Below, in pieces: positions 11,306 to 26,500 of a DNA stretch of 55,636 nucleotides. The translations under genes were made by a program, and so were the position numbers. Below the pieces are notes generated by a model. It was not told the origin of the DNA. It worked only from the letters and a program-made list of their open reading frames with translations, and searched no databases. The stretch covers positions 14,514,191 through 14,569,826 of the forward strand of contig NC_057753.1 in assembly GCF_004010195.1 (NCBI RefSeq), given 5' to 3'. This DNA is from Chiloscyllium plagiosum. Its lineage: Eukaryota. Position 1 is the first letter of the stretch. The number at the start of each line of letters is the position of its first letter.

Positions 11306-14300
11306 TGTTTTGAAGGTGTAGGTGTGTACTGTACCTTTAAGGGAGACTGGAAGCTGGCACTGTCTTAGAAAGGCACCGAACATACTGAAAGAATTTAAAC
11401 TGTAACATTTGACTATGAAACGAGTGGATTTATCATGATTTAGAAACAAATTCAAATTCGCCAAACGATTTAAATTATGCCCCTGGATATCAAAATCCAT
11501 TCAAATTTGAATTTAGCATTTTCAAAATATTAAAACCAATCAAATGATGTGATGTTTTGAGACATAAAACTGGACATTTTGAACAGTGAAGGGGAGAACT
11601 GCCAAGCCACCAACAAGTACAGACTGCCAGCAGAACAGTTCTCTGGAAGGTACGTGTCTATAAGACGTTTGTTCAGGAGAACATCGAAAAGATGACAGAG
11701 GAAAATCTGCAGAGGAAGATACAAAGAGAAGATTGGACAACTGACCAATTTTGAAAAATGATTTTTTTTTGTAAATCTTTATTGGATTTTTTTATCGGGC
11801 TAGTACTGTAGAGTGGGAGGTTAAAAAATAGGTTAAAAAAAAGGAGTTGCAAGTGGTTGTTGATTTTCATATTCTCTCTAGGACTTAAAGAATAAAGCTG
11901 TTAATTTTTACTTTAAATAGTGACCGCCAGAATCGTTCCTTGCCTCTCGAATTTTAGTAGGTTACAGCACGGGGTGAATCTTTTCTATGTTGCTAGTTTA
12001 AATTAACAGAGTGGTTTACTCCATGTCATAATAGTTGTGGGATTTCATCCACGAAACGCAGTTTAGACAAATCCACTCTGAGATTAGGATAGATTTCAAT
12101 ATATTTGGGGTCCGTAAAAGCCCAGTCGAGTTAAACACTTGCAGGTAAGAGTTCTAGGTATTTAAATAAAACGTAGGTGAGACAATTTGTTTAATCTCGG
12201 TGACTTCTGGTTGGTGAACTTAAAAGTGAGAGAAATGGCTCATAAAATTGCTCAAGTGGTTCTGGGATTTGAAGATGATTCTCAAATTTGCCAAAGAAGT
12301 TTAAAAGGAAATAGAAAGGCCATTCTTTTAGAATAAGCAAACAAGTTAGACTTGGGTTTAGCCAAGGACAAATGTAAAATTGAATTTGTAAGGGAATGAC
12401 TCAAACAGTTAGGTGTATCAGAGACACAGACAAGTGCAATAGAGCTAGAAAAGCCTAAATGACAATTGAGGAAAATGGAATTAGAAGATAAACAAAGCGA
12501 GAGAGAAAGAGAAAGAGAGAGACGAAAAGAGAAATAGAGAGAGAAGAGAGGGAGGTGGCAAAAGAGAGTGAGAGAAGTTTCTTAGCTGGGCACAGAGGGA
12601 AAGAAGAAAGGGACAGGAAGAGGGAGAGAGGGAAAAAAATGAAGCAAAGGTTCTTAGCTGAGCAAAAAGAGAGAGAATTTGAGCTTGAGACGCTGTGACT
12701 TAGTCAGCAAAGTCAAGTTAACAGGATGGAGATTGAAATAGAAAGTAGTCATATCTACAAATGTCAAAACTCTGCCACATTTTGATGGGAAAGATGTTGA
12801 AGCCTTCTTTGTTCCATTGGAAACATTCGCTAGGCAGATGGAGTGGTCCAAGGATTTATGGGTAATGCTAGTTCACGTTAAACTGGTAGGTGACCTAATG
12901 AGGTATTTGCCACGCTGTCAGATGAGGGGTCAAGTGATTATGAAGTGGTCACACTGATTATTTTAAGTGGTTATGAATTGGTACCAGAACCATATAGAAA
13001 GCAGTTCAGAAACATAAAGAAGGAACCATGTCAGACTTATGATGCATTCAAAAGAATCAAACATAGTCATTTTGATAGATGGGTGGGGAGGCTTTTAAGA
13101 TAGATAAGACCGATGAGGCTCTAAGAGAGATTATTCTGCTGGAGGAGTTTAAAAACTCACTTCCGGAAATGAACAGAATTCACGTCGAAGAACAGAAAGT
13201 TCGGGAAGTGAGAAGGGCAGCAGAATGAGCAGATGAATACATGTTGGTGCATAAGACAAGCTTCCGGCCAGAACTTCGTCCTGTGAGGGATAGACGTTGG
13301 GAGAAGGGGAGATCCTACACATCGAAACAGAGTAGGGAACACTGGTAAGTGTTTACCACAGGTTAAAAAAGAAGCCAGGAGGGAGGAAACTAGGTGAAAG
13401 GCCTCAGATGTTTCCATTATGGCAACTTGGGACACGTAAAGTCACAGTGCTGATCGTTAAAGAAAGGCACTGTGGGAAAGGACGTGGTCAAAGAAGCTGA
13501 GCCAGTGGTATTAGTGAAAGTAGTAAAGGAAACCTAAAGATGAGCCAAGGAGTTACAGGAGAGTGCACAACCTAGGCAGGGGCTGGGTATGGAGTTAGTA
13601 CCTGATCTCCGCAAAGAATTTTCCTCTGTGGGTAAAGTTTACTCAGAAGAACGGGGGAGACGTACAACACGTTATAATTTTGAGAGATACATGATCTAAC
13701 CAGCCCTTGACAATAAGAGATCGGCGAATTTACAGACTTTCTGATCTGTTACCCGCGAGTGTGGCAATTTGTGGGACAGATGAGCAGAAATCTAAAGTGC
13801 CCTGTGTAAGATCTGGTTGGAGAGGCAAATTAAGACTGGGGAAGTTACAATGGGAGTAATTGACAGAGTTTCACTTTCAGGAATCGAGATTGTTCTTGGA
13901 AATTACTCAGCAGATCTAAGGTGGGAGTGACACCCTGTGTTGTGGAGAAGCCCGAGGAAGACCAGAAACTGAGGAGTTAAAACCGAAATATCCTTGTATT
14001 TTCCCACTCTGTTTAGTAAGAAGATCCCACTGTCATACGTCACAGCACGAAATAAACACTAGAGAGAAAAATGAAGGAGTTGAGCCCAACTTCGCAGACA
14101 CCCTGTTTTACGAAAAACCTGCACAGGTACAGGGTCAGACAGAGGTGTTTCGTCCTGAAAGGCTAAGGGTCTTGCAATAGAAAGACAAGGCAATTAAAAA
14201 TTGATATGTGGGTGCATACTCTGACAAGGAGGCAATGAATGTTCCTGAGGGTTATTATCTGAAAGATAGAGTCCTAAGACGGAAATGGAGACCACAGCAG

Positions 14301-17300
14301 GTTAGTGTAGAGGAGAAATGTGCTGAAGTGCATCAGATTGTGTTGCCAATGGCACACAGACAGGAGGTGTTACGGGTAGCACATAAGCTTGGGGTTCGAA
14401 AGATGCAGACTAAGGTTTTTTTAGATTAGATTACTTACAGTATGGAAACAGGCCCTTTGGCCCAACAAGTCCACACCAACCTGCCTAAGCGCAACCCACT
14501 CAGACCCATTCCCCTACGTTTACCCCTTCACTTAACACTACGGGCAATTTAGCGTGGCCGATTCACCTAAGATGCACATTTTTGGACTGTGGGAGGAAAC
14601 CCACGCAGACACGGGGAGAATGTGCAAACTCCACTCAGTCAGTCGCCTGAGGTGGGAATTGAACCCGGGTCTCAGGCGCTGCGAGGCATCAGTGCTAACC
14701 ACTCTGCCACCGTGCTGCCCATTTACAAACGCATTTTCATTGGCCTGGAATGCACAAGGATGTGGTTAACCTTTGCCATACGTGTTTACATGTCAAATGG
14801 GAGGTAAGCCACAGGCGGTATTAGTCGGTCACTTCCCAGGAATAAAAATGCGGAACCAGTATTTGTTAACCAGAATTGATGTGTTTAACAAATTTCTGAA
14901 GGCAATTCCATTATAGAGTCTTCAAGCAAAAATGTTGGGAGAGGAGTTAGTAGCTCTCTTCACGCAGTATGGGCTACACAGAGAGACTCAGTTGGACCAA
15001 AGGATAGGCTGTTTAATGAGGTCATGGATCGATGAGGTATACAGCACTTTACATCCATTGCAGATCATCCTGAATACCAAGGAGCTTTAAAAAGGTGGCA
15101 TCAGACCTTGAAGACAATATTGAGAGCAGGCTGTCAGGATTACCTGAATGATTGGGATACCTTTATCCCCATTTGTATTGTTTGCCATTAGAGATGTCCC
15201 AAATCGATTCAGTTCACTCCCTTCGAGTTAATATTCGTGCATGAAGTGAGAGGCCCTTTGAAACTAATTCAGTAAAAATTGACAGGACCAAAGTCAGAGA
15301 TCTCACACTTCGATTATTCATCGGAGGTGAGGGACAGATGAGATCGAATAGGTGGGTTACCTAAACAGCACCTAAAGAGGGCACAACGTAGAATGAAGCA
15401 GGTGGCAGATAAAAGCTTCGAGACTCGAACGGTTTCCCGAGGGGATGACGTATTAGTATTATTACCAGTGATAGGACATCCCTTCAAAGCAAGTTTTAGT
15501 GGTCCTGAACAAATTAAGAAAACGTTGAGTCAGTTGAACTATCTAGTAAAGATGCCATGTAGAAAAAAAAAGTATCAGGTATGTCATGTGAACATGTTGA
15601 AACCATTTTTTCGAGAGGAAGATCTGGAGAAACATGTGTTAGTTACTGTTGTGCAAAGTGTGGAATCAAATCCAGATGGGGTGGATTTTGATGTGCCTCA
15701 AAATATATCTAAAAAATGAAGAAGTCCTTGAGGAATTCGATAGGTTAGTCAAATATCTGTATTAGGAGCATCGAACAGACTTGAATGGTTTGTAACTGTA
15801 GTGTAAGGACTCATGTAAGTAATAGATAGAGAGGACTAATGCCTTTGTACATGAAGTAAACATAGGAAATACTATAGAACAACACTCCTATTGGCTTAAT
15901 CCGTTCAAAGCCAGACAGGTCCAGAAGAGGTGGAGGCCATCCTCAATAAGTATATCATTCAACAAAGCCACAGCAAGTGGAGTTCATCGATTGTCTTAGT
16001 TCCCAAACCTGATGGGGCTCAAGAATTTTGCATGGATTATGGGAAGGTCAATGTCATTACAAAATCGGACTCAGACCCAAGAACTAGATTGGAGGACAGT
16101 ATCCAGAAAGTTGGCGAAGCCAGTTACATCACCAAGTTGGACTTCCTGCGTGGTTACTGGCATGTACCTTTATCAGAGACAGCGAAAGAGCTTTCTGCGT
16201 TTGTATCCCCAAATGGGCTGTATCAATTTAAAGTGATGCCCTTTGGAATGAAGGATGCGCCTGCCACATTCCAAAGACTCATGAACAGTGTTGTGGTTAG
16301 GTTATCAAACTGTGTAGTCTATTTGGACGATGTAATTATCTTTAGTAAATCCTGGAAGCATCACAGGGTACAGTTGGCAGAGCTCTTCGAACAACTATGA
16401 GAAGCAAAACTGGAAATAAACTTGACAAAAGCTGTGTTCGCAAAAGCAGAGGTGACCTTCTTGGGACATTATATCAATCATGAAAGTTTGACTCTATGGA
16501 ATACAAAGACGAAGGCTATCGAAGATTTTCCACGACCAGCCTCGAAGAAAGAGGTGCTTAGATTCTTGGGACTAAGCGGATTCTATCGGAAGTCTGTTCC
16601 AAACGTCAGCAGTGCAGTGGCACCATGAACCAATTTGCTGAAGACGAACACAATGTTTCGGTGGACAAAACTATGCCAGGAGGCTTTCGACCGTTTGAAA
16701 GCAACATTAACCACCCCTCCACTTTTAGCTCCACCAAACTTTTCAAAAACTTTTAAAGTTGCCAACGATGCTAGTGACATCGGAGTTGGAGTTGTACTGC
16801 TACAGGAAGATGATAATGGGACTGAACTGCCAGTTGGTTACTTTTCAAAGAAACCCAGCATCCACCAATGGAAATACTCCATGATCAAAAAATAACTATT
16901 GCATTTGGTACTGGCCTTACACCTTTTTAAGGCATACATCACAAACAATGTCCTGGAGACGGTTGTGTACCCGGATCACAACCCTCTTATATTCTTCGAA
17001 CGCTGTAAAGACAAGATTATGTGACTATTTTGTTAGAGTCTTATGTTACAGACTTTCAATTTACATATCGTACATGTTGCAAGTCCTAAGAATGTAATCA
17101 CAGATGCGTTATCATGGATTTAACTGATAAAGTATCGATAACATTGGCATCTATTCAATGTTTTATATATAAATATATATATGTGTGGGAAGATGTTAAT
17201 ACAAACTCAAATTAAAGTCATATGTCTGCCATGGTATTGTGGTTAAGGTACAAAGACAAAAAAAAACTTAAGCCATCATTTCATTATGATGTTTCATTTT

Positions 17301-18032
17301 TTCCTCAGGGAGTAGGTGTTATAAAGGTGTAAGTGTGCACTGCACCTTTAAGAGAGACTGGAAGCTGGCATGGCCATAGAGATGACAGAGCGTATTGAAA
17401 GAACTTCAAAAGTAAAATTTGACTGTCAAACCAATAGTGCAGTTGAGTTACCATGTAACAAAAACAAATTCATATTCTGCCAATCTGTTTAAATTATGCC
17501 CCAAGATACCAAAATCCAATCAAATTTCAATTCAGTATTTTCATAATATTAAAACCAATGAAATGATGCGATGTTTTAGGGTATAAAACAAACATTTTGA
17601 ACAGTTAGGGGGAGAGTTGCCAAGCCAATAACAAGTACAGACTGCCAGCAGAACAGATATCTGAAAGGTATCTGTCTATAAAAATTTAGCACAGCAGAAC
17701 ATCGAAAAGACAACAGAGGAAAATCTTCAGAGGAAGAGGCAGTTTGAAAGCTGACCGGTTTTGAAAGTTGAATTTTTTTGTAAATCTCAATCCGGATTTT
17801 TTTATCGGAGGAGGTAAAAAAAAGATAGGTTCAAGAGACCAGAGTTATAAGTATTTGTTGGTTTCCATATTCTCTGTTGGACTTAAAGAATAAAGTTGTT
17901 AACTTGTACTTTAATTAGTGACCACTGGGATAATTACTTGCCTCTCGAATATTAACAGATTACACCGTGGGGTGATTTTTTTTCTGTGTTGCTAGTTTAA
18001 ATTAACAGAGGGATTTACCCTGCGTCATAATA
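11306..18032 (+). mobile_element. Decayed Gmr1-like Ty3/gypsy LTR retrotransposon A (LTRs 11306-12033 and 17317-18032)
   Basis: TG...ATA(CA) LTRs of about 720 bp with a polypurine tract before the 3' LTR. Remnants of gag, protease, integrase (14.3-15.7 kb), then RT (WSSSIVLVPKPDG, YLDD at about 16320) and RNase H (DASDIGVG). Confidence 0.9.
14418..14720 (-). mobile_element. HE1/V-SINE-type tRNA-derived SINE inserted in element A
   Basis: Minus strand reads GGGCAGCACGGTGGCAGAGTGGTTAGCAC (A box), GGTTCAATTCC (B box), V-domain-like TTTGCACATTCTCCCCGTGTCTGCGTGGGTTTCCTC, and a (TCTAA)n tail. Confidence 0.85.
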
Positions 18033-21000
18033 TTTTGGTGCTTCCTTCTTCAATTTGAACACGTTTAGCCAGACCCACTCTGAGATTTGGACATGTTTGA
18101 ATAAGTTTGGGGTACGAAAAAGCCCAGTAGAGTCAAACACTTGCAAGTTAGTGCCCTAGATCTTTAAATAAAACGTATGTGAGACAGATTTCTTTAATCT
18201 CGGTGACTTCTGTTTGGTTAAGTTGAAAGTGAGATAAATGGCTCTTAAAGTTTGTGAAGAGGTTCTGGGATTTGAAGATGATTCTCAAATTGACCAAGCA
18301 AGGTTTGAATGTAAGAAAAAAGCCATAATTTTAGAATCCGCAAAGATGTTCAATCCGCAAAAGAAAAATTGAAATTGTCAGGGAATTACTCAAACACTTA
18401 GGTATCTCAGAGAAACAGACAAGTGCAGTCGAGGTAGAAAAACTTGAAACTTGAAATACAATTAAGAAAAGTGGAGTTTACTCAGCGAGTCGTGAGTTCA
18501 TGGAATGCCCTGCCAGTAGCAGTGGTGGACTCTCCCTCTTTATGGGCATTTAAGCGGGCATTGGATAGGCATATGGAGGATAGTGGGCTAGTGTAGGTTA
18601 GGTGGGCTTGGATCGGCGCAACATCGAGGGCCAAAGGGCCTTTACTGCGCTGTATTTTTCTATGTTCTATGTTCTATGTTCTATAAACAGAGGGAGAGAG
18701 GGAGAGAAAGAGAGAGAGAGAAGAAAGAGAACAAGAGAGAAGAAAGTGAAAGAGGAAAAAGAAAGAGAGAGAAGGTTCGATGCTGAGCAAAAAGAGAGAG
18801 AATTTGAACGTGAGAAGTTGCTTAGTCAGCAAAGACACGTTAACAGGATGGAGATTAAACAGAAGGCAGTGATATATACAAATATGTCAAAACTCTGCCA
18901 CATTTTGATCAAAAAGATGTTGAAGCCTTCTTTATTTCATTGGAACAATTGACTCGGCAAATGCAATGGTCCAAGGATTTATGAGTAATGCTAGTTCAGG
19001 CTAAACTGGGAGGGAGAGCTGGTGAGCCGCACTGTCAGATGAGAGGTCAAGAGATTATGAAGAGGTCAAACAGGCTATTTTAAAAGCTTATGAGTTGGTA
19101 CCAGAAGCATATAGACAGTGGTTCAGAAACATAAAGAAGGTACCAGGGTCAGACTTATGTCGAGTTTGAAAGAATTAAACATAGTCATGCTGATGGAACT
19201 TTAACGATGGATAGGACCTATGAAGCTCTAAGAGAGATTATTCGGCTGGATGAGTTTATAAAATCGCTTCCAAAGATTATAAGATTTCACGTGGATGAAT
19301 AGAAAGTTCAGGAAGTGAGAAGGGCTGCAGAATTAGCAGATGAGTACACGTTGGTACATAGAGAAACGTCCAGGCAGAATTTTGTCCTGAGAGGGATAGA
19401 AGCTGGGAAAGGGGGAGATCCTACACTTCGCAACAAAGATTGGAGAACACTGGCAAGAGTTTACCACAGGTTAAAAAAGAAGCCCAAGAGGGTAGAAAGG
19501 AGGTAAAAGGCCTCAGGTATTTCCACTGTGGTAAAGTGGGACATTTAAAGTTACTGTGCTGATCTTTAACGAAAGGCACTGTGAGAAAAGATGTGGAAAA
19601 GAAGCTAAGCCAGTGGCATTAGCGAAAATAGTAAAGGAAACCCCAAGAAGAGCCGAGGAGCTGCAGGGGAGTGCACAGCCTAGGCAGGAGTTGGGTATGG
19701 AGTTAGTACAGAATTCCCCTCTGTGTTAAAGTTTACTCAGAAAGAAAAGGGGAGAAGGAGAAGAAGTTGTAAGTTTGTGAGATACAAAGTCTAACCAGTC
19801 GCTGATAGTAAGAGATGAGCAAATTTGCACTCCTTCTGCTCTGTTACCCGAAAGTGTGGTAATTTGTGGGATAGATGGACAAATATTCAGTGTTCCCCTA
19901 TGTAAGATCTGGTTGGAGTGCCAACTCCAGACTGGGGAAGTTACAGTGGGAGTGATTGACAGTGTTAGTTCCAGGAATTCAGTTTGTTCTTGGGAATGGT
20001 TGAGCAGGATCCAAGGTGGGAGTGACACCCCTTGTTGTGGAAAAGCCAAAGGAAGACCAAGAAACTGAGGAGGTGACACAGAAGTGTTCTGGTATTTTCC
20101 CAGACTGTGTAGTAACCAGATCCCACTATCATAAGTCACAGCATGAAGCAAAACCTAAATAGAAAGATGAAGGAGTTGAAGTTTAGTTAACAGACACCCT
20201 GTTTAACATAATGGTACAGGAAGACCTGAACAGAGAGAGTGTTTAGTCTTGAAAGGCTAAGGGACTTGCAATGGAAACACGAGATGATTTTTTAAAATGT
20301 GGATGTGTACTCTGAAATGTAGGCAGAGAATATTCCGGAGGGTTATTATCTGAAAGATAGAATCCTAGGATGGAAATTGAGACCATGGCCGGTTAGTGCA
20401 GAGGAGAAATGGGTGGAAGAGCACCAGATTATGTTGTTGGTAGCATACAGGTCGGAGGTGTTACAGGTAGCACATGAACTACCTGTAGGAGGTCACTTTG
20501 GGGTACGAAAGACTCAGGCTAAGGTTCAAATCATTTTTATTGACCTGGAATGCACAAGGGTGTGGTTGACTTTGGCCAAATGATAGGTAAGCCACGGGTG
20601 GTAAGAAAACCAGCACATTTGCTGCCAATTCCCGCAGTTGAAGAATCTTGCATGCGGGTTTTATTTGTTTGTGTAGGATCCCTCCCGGAAACGGAAAATG
20701 GGAACCAGTATTTGTAACACAAAATGAATGTGCCTACCAGATTTCAAGCGGCAATTCCATTACGGAGTATCAAGGCAAAAAGGAGTGCAGAAGAATTATT
20801 AGCTTTCTTCACGTAGTATAGGCTACCTGGAGAGATTTAGTCGGACCAAAGGTCAAGTTTTACTGCCAGGCTGTTTAAGGAGGTAATGTGGAAAGCTTAG
20901 GGAGACAGCAATTTAAATCCAATGCGTATCATCTGAATCCCAGGGAGGTTTAGAAAAGTGGCATCAGACCTTGAAGACCATGTTGAGAGCTTACAGTCAG

Positions 21001-23551
21001 GATTACCAGAATGATCGGGATAAAGGTGTCCCATTCATATCATTTGCCATGAGAGATGCCACAAACGAACCTACTCAGTTTACTCCCTTTGAGTTAATAT
21101 TCGTTCATGAACTGAGAGGCCCTTTGAAATTAATTAAGTAAAACTTGACCAGACCAAAGTCGGAGATGTCACACTTAGGTTATGTATGGAAGGTGAAGGA
21201 GAGATTGAATTGAGTAGATGAGTGTACTAAACAGCACCAAAATAGGGCGCAGCATAGGATGAAGCAGGTGGCAATAAAAGCTTTGAGACTCAGACTTCTT
21301 CCCGAGGGGATAACATATTAGTATTGTTACCAGTGATAGGACATCCCTTCAAAGCCAGGATTAGTGGTTCCTATCAAATTGAGAAAAAGTTGAGTCAGAT
21401 CAACTATCTAGTAAAGATGACAGATAGAAAAAAAAAGTATCAGGTATGTCATGTGAACATGTTGAAACCGTATTATGGGAGAGGGAAAGAACTGGAGAAA
21501 CACGTGTGAGTTACTGCCATGCAGAGTGAGGAATCAAATCCAGAATGTGTGGATTTTGATGTGCCTCAAAATATGCTAAAAAATAGAAGTCCTTGAGGAG
21601 TGTGAAGGTTTCGCAAGCTATCAGTCTCAGAAGCATAGAACGCAGTTAAAGATTTGTTCCTGCAGTATAAGGACATAAATAAGAATCAGTTGGGAGGTCT
21701 AATGCTATTGTACATGAAGTAGATGAAGGAAGTACTACTCCAATAAAACAACAAGTCTATCACCTTAATCATTTCAAAGCCAGACAGGCCCAGAAGGAGG
21801 TGGCAGTCATGCTGGAGGATATTATTGAACCAATTCAGAGTGAATGGTGTTCACTGATCATCTTAGTTCCCAAACCAGATGGGACTCAATCATTTAACAT
21901 GCATTATCAGAAGGTCAACGCCGTTATAAAATCAGACTCATACCCAATACCGAGATCAAAGGGTTAAATCCAGGAAGTTGGACAAGCTAGTTACATCACC
22001 AAGTTGGACTTATTGCGTGGTTATGGGCAGGTACGTTTATCAGAGAAGGTGAAAAAAAACTTTTGCGTTTGTAACCCCAAGTGGGCTGTATCCATTCAAA
22101 GTGATGCCCTCTGGAATGAAGAACACGCCATCCACGTTCCAAAGACTCATGAACAGGGTTGTGGCTCGACTAACAAACTGTGTAGTCTGTTTGGATGATG
22201 TAGTGATCTTTAGTAAGTGTGCACATGGTACAGTTGGCAGAGCTCTTTAAATGACTACGAGAATCAAAACTGATAATGAACTTGAACAAAGCTGAATTCG
22301 CGAAAGCAGAGGTGATGTTCTTAGAACATAACATCGTTCATGTAAGGTTGACCCCACAGAACTCAAAGACAAAGACCGTCGAGGAATTTCCATGACCAAC
22401 CTCGAAGAAAGAGGTGCTTCGATTCTTGGGACTAAATGGACTCTATCGCAAGTTTGGTCCAAACTTCATCAATTTAATGGCACTGTTAACTGATTTGCTG
22501 AAGAAGAACACAAAGTTTCGGTGGGCAGAACAGTGCCAGGAGGCATTCGACCATTTGCAAGCAATATTAATCACCGCACCAGTTTTAGCTACACCAAACT
22601 TTACAAAACCTTTTTAAATTGCCATCGATGCTGGTGACGTAGGTGTTGAAGCTGTACTGCTGCAGGAAAATAATGATGGGATTGAACTGGCAGTTTTGAA
22701 GAAATTCAGCATCCACTAGAGGAAATACTCCATGATCGAAACAAAACTATTAATTTTGGTACTGGCCTTGCAAGATTTTAAGTTGTATGTCATGAACAAT
22801 TTGTCAGAGACTGTCATGTGTATGGATCACAATCCTCTTGCATTCTTGGAACGCTGTCAACACAAGAATATGCCACCATTTTGTTGGAATCCCACTTTTA
22901 ATTTACATATCATGCATGTTGCAGGTCATAAAAATGTAATCACAGATGATTTATTGCAAATTTAACTGATAAAGTATACAAAAGATTAATATCTATTCAA
23001 TGTCATATTTGTGTGGGAAGAAGTTCATATGAACGCAGATTAAAGTCATATGGATGTCATGGTATCGTCCTTAAGGTATAGAGACAAAAAAACTCAAGAC
23101 ATCATTTCATTATGATAGTTCATTTTTCTTAAGGAGGGAGGTGTTATGAAGGTGTAGGTATGTACTGTATTTTAAGGGACACTGGAAGCGGGCACGGTCT
23201 CGGAGAGGCACATGCGAAAAGAACTTAAAATGTAACATTTGATTGTGAAATCAATGGTGCAGATGACTAGCCATGATACAAAAACAAATTCAAATTCTGC
23301 CAATCAGTTTACATTATGCCCCAAAGATACCAAAATCCAAACAAACTTGAAACTTTATTTGATAGTAATAGAACCAATGAAAAGAGCTAATGTTTTGGGG
23401 TATAAAACCAGGCATTTTGAAACGTTAGGGGAAGAACTGCCAATCCCCAGCAAGTACAGACCACCAGCAGAACAGCTCTTTGAAATGCACCTGTCTATAA
23501 GACGTTTGTGCAGCAGAACATCGAAAAGACGACAGAGGAAAATCTGGATAG
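17317..23551 (+). mobile_element. Decayed Gmr1-like LTR retrotransposon B; shares its 5' LTR with A; 3' LTR split into 23142-23551 and 29713-about 29897
   Basis: Colinear homology with A throughout gag-PR-INT-RT-RH (HELPVGGHFG, LRFLGLNGLYRKF). PPT AAGGAGGGAGG precedes TGTTATG. Confidence 0.9.
18478..18683 (+). mobile_element. Young CR1 3' end inserted in gag of element B
   Basis: TGGAATGCCCTGCC... ending in a (TATGTTC)n tail. It interrupts sequence that is contiguous in elements A and C. Confidence 0.8.
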
Positions 23552-26500
23552 TGTGATGAAGATGAGGGTGCATTGTACCTTTAAGAGAGTTAAAAGCAAC
23601 AGAACTGCCTCACAGAACCAAGTGTTCTGAAAAAAGTTATAATGGAACCTTTTGGTCAGCAGTTAGTGTAGCTGGTTGCCTGGAGACAAAACAGAATTCG
23701 ACTTCTGCCGATCAGTTCAAATTATGCCCCCCAAAAAATCAAATTCCAATCAAGTTTGAATTTCAGGTATTAGCAATCTTAAAAGCCGATAACAAAATCC
23801 GATGCTTTGGCAGTATAAGACCAGGGAAAATTGAACAGTTGGGAGGAGAATTGCCAAGGCAGCATGTAGAGACTGCCGGGAAAAAAACTCTCTTCAAGGT
23901 ATCTTTATCATCAGTCACCTGTGAAGCAGAATCCCATAGAAGAAGGAAAAAAAACTGGAATGCAGAGGGGAAGAGAAAGCTGCCTGGTTTTGAGAGAAGA
24001 AGTCTTGTTTTGTAAATCTTAATCGGGGGGGGGGGGGGAGGTGTTTATCGGACTAGTATTGTAGACGGGGATGGTAAAAGATGGGCTCGAGGAAGGAGGT
24101 GTAAATAGTTGTTAATTAGTTATTCTCTGTTATACTTCAAGAAATAAAGTTGTTAATTTTCACTTCAAACAGATTGCTGCACGGGGTAAGTCTTTTCTGT
24201 GTTGCTGGTTAAATTAACCAGGAGAGATTACCCGGTGTCATACCAGATTTGGGCGGCTCGTCATCTGGATTTGAACTGGTTTACAGAGATTAGGATAGAT
24301 TTAGGGGGACGAAAATTGCCAGCAGATTTAAACGCTTGCAGGTTAGTGCCCGAGATCTAGAAATAAAAAAAGTAGATAAGACAATTTGTTTAATTTCGGT
24401 GACTTCTGGTTGGTTAAGTTAAATGTGAGACAATTGGTTCTTAAAATTGCTAAAGACGTTCTGGGATTTGAGGATGATTCTCAGATTTGCCAAGTAAGTG
24501 TAGAAAGAAAGAAAAAGGCCATACTTTTTAGAGTAAGCAAACAAATTTAACCGAGGACAAAAGTAAACCTGAAATTGTCAGGGAATTACTCAAACACTTA
24601 GGTGTGCCAGAGAAACAGGTAAGTGCAGTGGAGGTAGAAAACCTTAAATTACAATTCAGCAAAATGGAGTTAGAAGATAAACAAAGAGGGAGAGGGGGAA
24701 AGAGAAAGGGAAAGAGAGAGAAGACAGGAGAGAGGAAAAAGAGAGTGAGAAAAGGTTCTTAGCTGAGCAAAGAGAGAGAGAGAGAAGAGAGGGAGAGAGA
24801 AAAACAGCGAGGGAGGAAAACGAAAGAGAGAAGGTTCGAAGCTGAGCAAAAAGAGGCAGCATTTGAACTTGAGAAGTTGTGACTTACTCAGCAAAGCCAA
24901 GTTAACAGGATGGAGATTAAAATGCAAGGTAGTGATATATATATAAATATGTCAAAATTCTGCAATATTTTAATGAGAAAAATGTTGAAGTCTTCTTTAT
25001 TTCATTGGAAAAATTGGATAAGCAGATGGAGTGTTCCGAGGGTCTATGGGTAATGCTAGTTCAAACTGAATGCGGAGACAGAGCTAGTAAGATGCACTGT
25101 CAGGAGAGGGTGTCAAGAGATTATGAAGAGGTTAAACAGACTATTTTAAGTGCTTACGAATTGGTACCAGAAGCATATAGGCAGTGGTTCAGAAACACAA
25201 AGAAGGAACCAGATCAGATTTATGTTGAGTTTGAAAGATTATAAACATAGTCATTTTGACCGATGGGTGCATGCTTTGAAAATAGATACTACCTTTGAGG
25301 CTCTAAGAGAGATTATTCTGCTGAAGGAGTTTAAAAACTCAATGGTAAGAATTCACGTGGAGGAACAGAAAGTTCAGGAATTGAGAAGGAAAGCAGACTT
25401 AGCAGATCGGTACATGTTGGTGTATAAGACAAGCTTCCTGCCAGAACTTCGTCCTGTGAAAGATAGAAGTTGGGAGAAGAGGAGGTCCTACACTGCGAAA
25501 ACAAGGGCAGAGAGCACTGTTAAGACTTTACCACGGGATAAAACAGAAGCCCACAAGGGTGGAAAAGAGGGAAAAGGCCTCAGGTGTTTCCACTGTGGTA
25601 AAGTGCGAGATGGAAAGTCACAGTGCTGGTCGTTAAAGAAAGGCGCTAAGGGAAAATATGTAGTTATAGAAGCTAAGCCAGTAGAGTTAGTGAAGGTCGT
25701 ATATGAAACCCCAAGAAGACCCAAGGAGCTCCAGGAGAGTGCACAGCCCAGGCAGGGGCTGGGTATGGAGTTAGCACCTGATCTCTACAAAGAATTCACC
25801 TCTGTGGGTAATGTTTACTCAAAAAGAACAGGGGGAGAAGAGCAGGAAGTTATAATTTTGAGAAATACAGGATCTAACCATTCGCTGATAGTAAGGGATG
25901 AGCAAATGCGCACTCTTTCCAATCTGTTATCCGAGAGTGTGGCAATTTATGGGATAGATGGACAGAAATTTAGCGTTCCCCTATGTAAGATCAGGTTGGA
26001 GTGCCACCTCAAGACTGGGCAAGTAGCAGTGGGAGTGATTGACAGAGTGTCAGTTCCGGGAATTCAGTTTGTTCTTGGGAATGATTTGGCAGGTTCCAAG
26101 GTGGGAGTGATACCCTTTGTTGTGGAGACGCCAAGGTCAGACCAAGAAACTGAGGAGTTAGAAACAGAAATATCCTCGCATTTTTCCCAGACTGTGTAGT
26201 AACCAGATCCCACCATCATAAGTCACAGCACGATGTGAAAAGCAAAGAGGATAATGAAGGAGCTGCGATTCTGTTAGCAGACACACTGTTTGACATAATA
26301 GTGCAGGAAAAACCTGAACAGGGAGAGGGTCAGACAGAAGTGTTTAGTCCTGAAAGGCTAAAGGACATGCAACAGCACGACAAGATTAAAAAAAAAAGCT
26401 ATATTTGTGGTACTCTGAAATGGAAGGCAGAGAATATTCCTGAGGGTTATTACCTGAAAGATGGAATCCTGAGATGGAAATGGAGACCACAGCAGGTTAG

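Noticed and set aside
11301-11340. CACAGTG at the LTR junction as an RSS
   Set aside because: No nonamer at 12 or 23 nt; a chance junction sequence.
14640-14720. tRNA gene
   Set aside because: It is the tRNA-derived head of a SINE, not a complete cloverleaf.
25150-26199. 349-aa ORF as a domesticated gag/SCAN gene
   Set aside because: It lies inside an LTR-bounded element, is frameshifted at both ends, and its zinc knuckle and protease active site are mutated.
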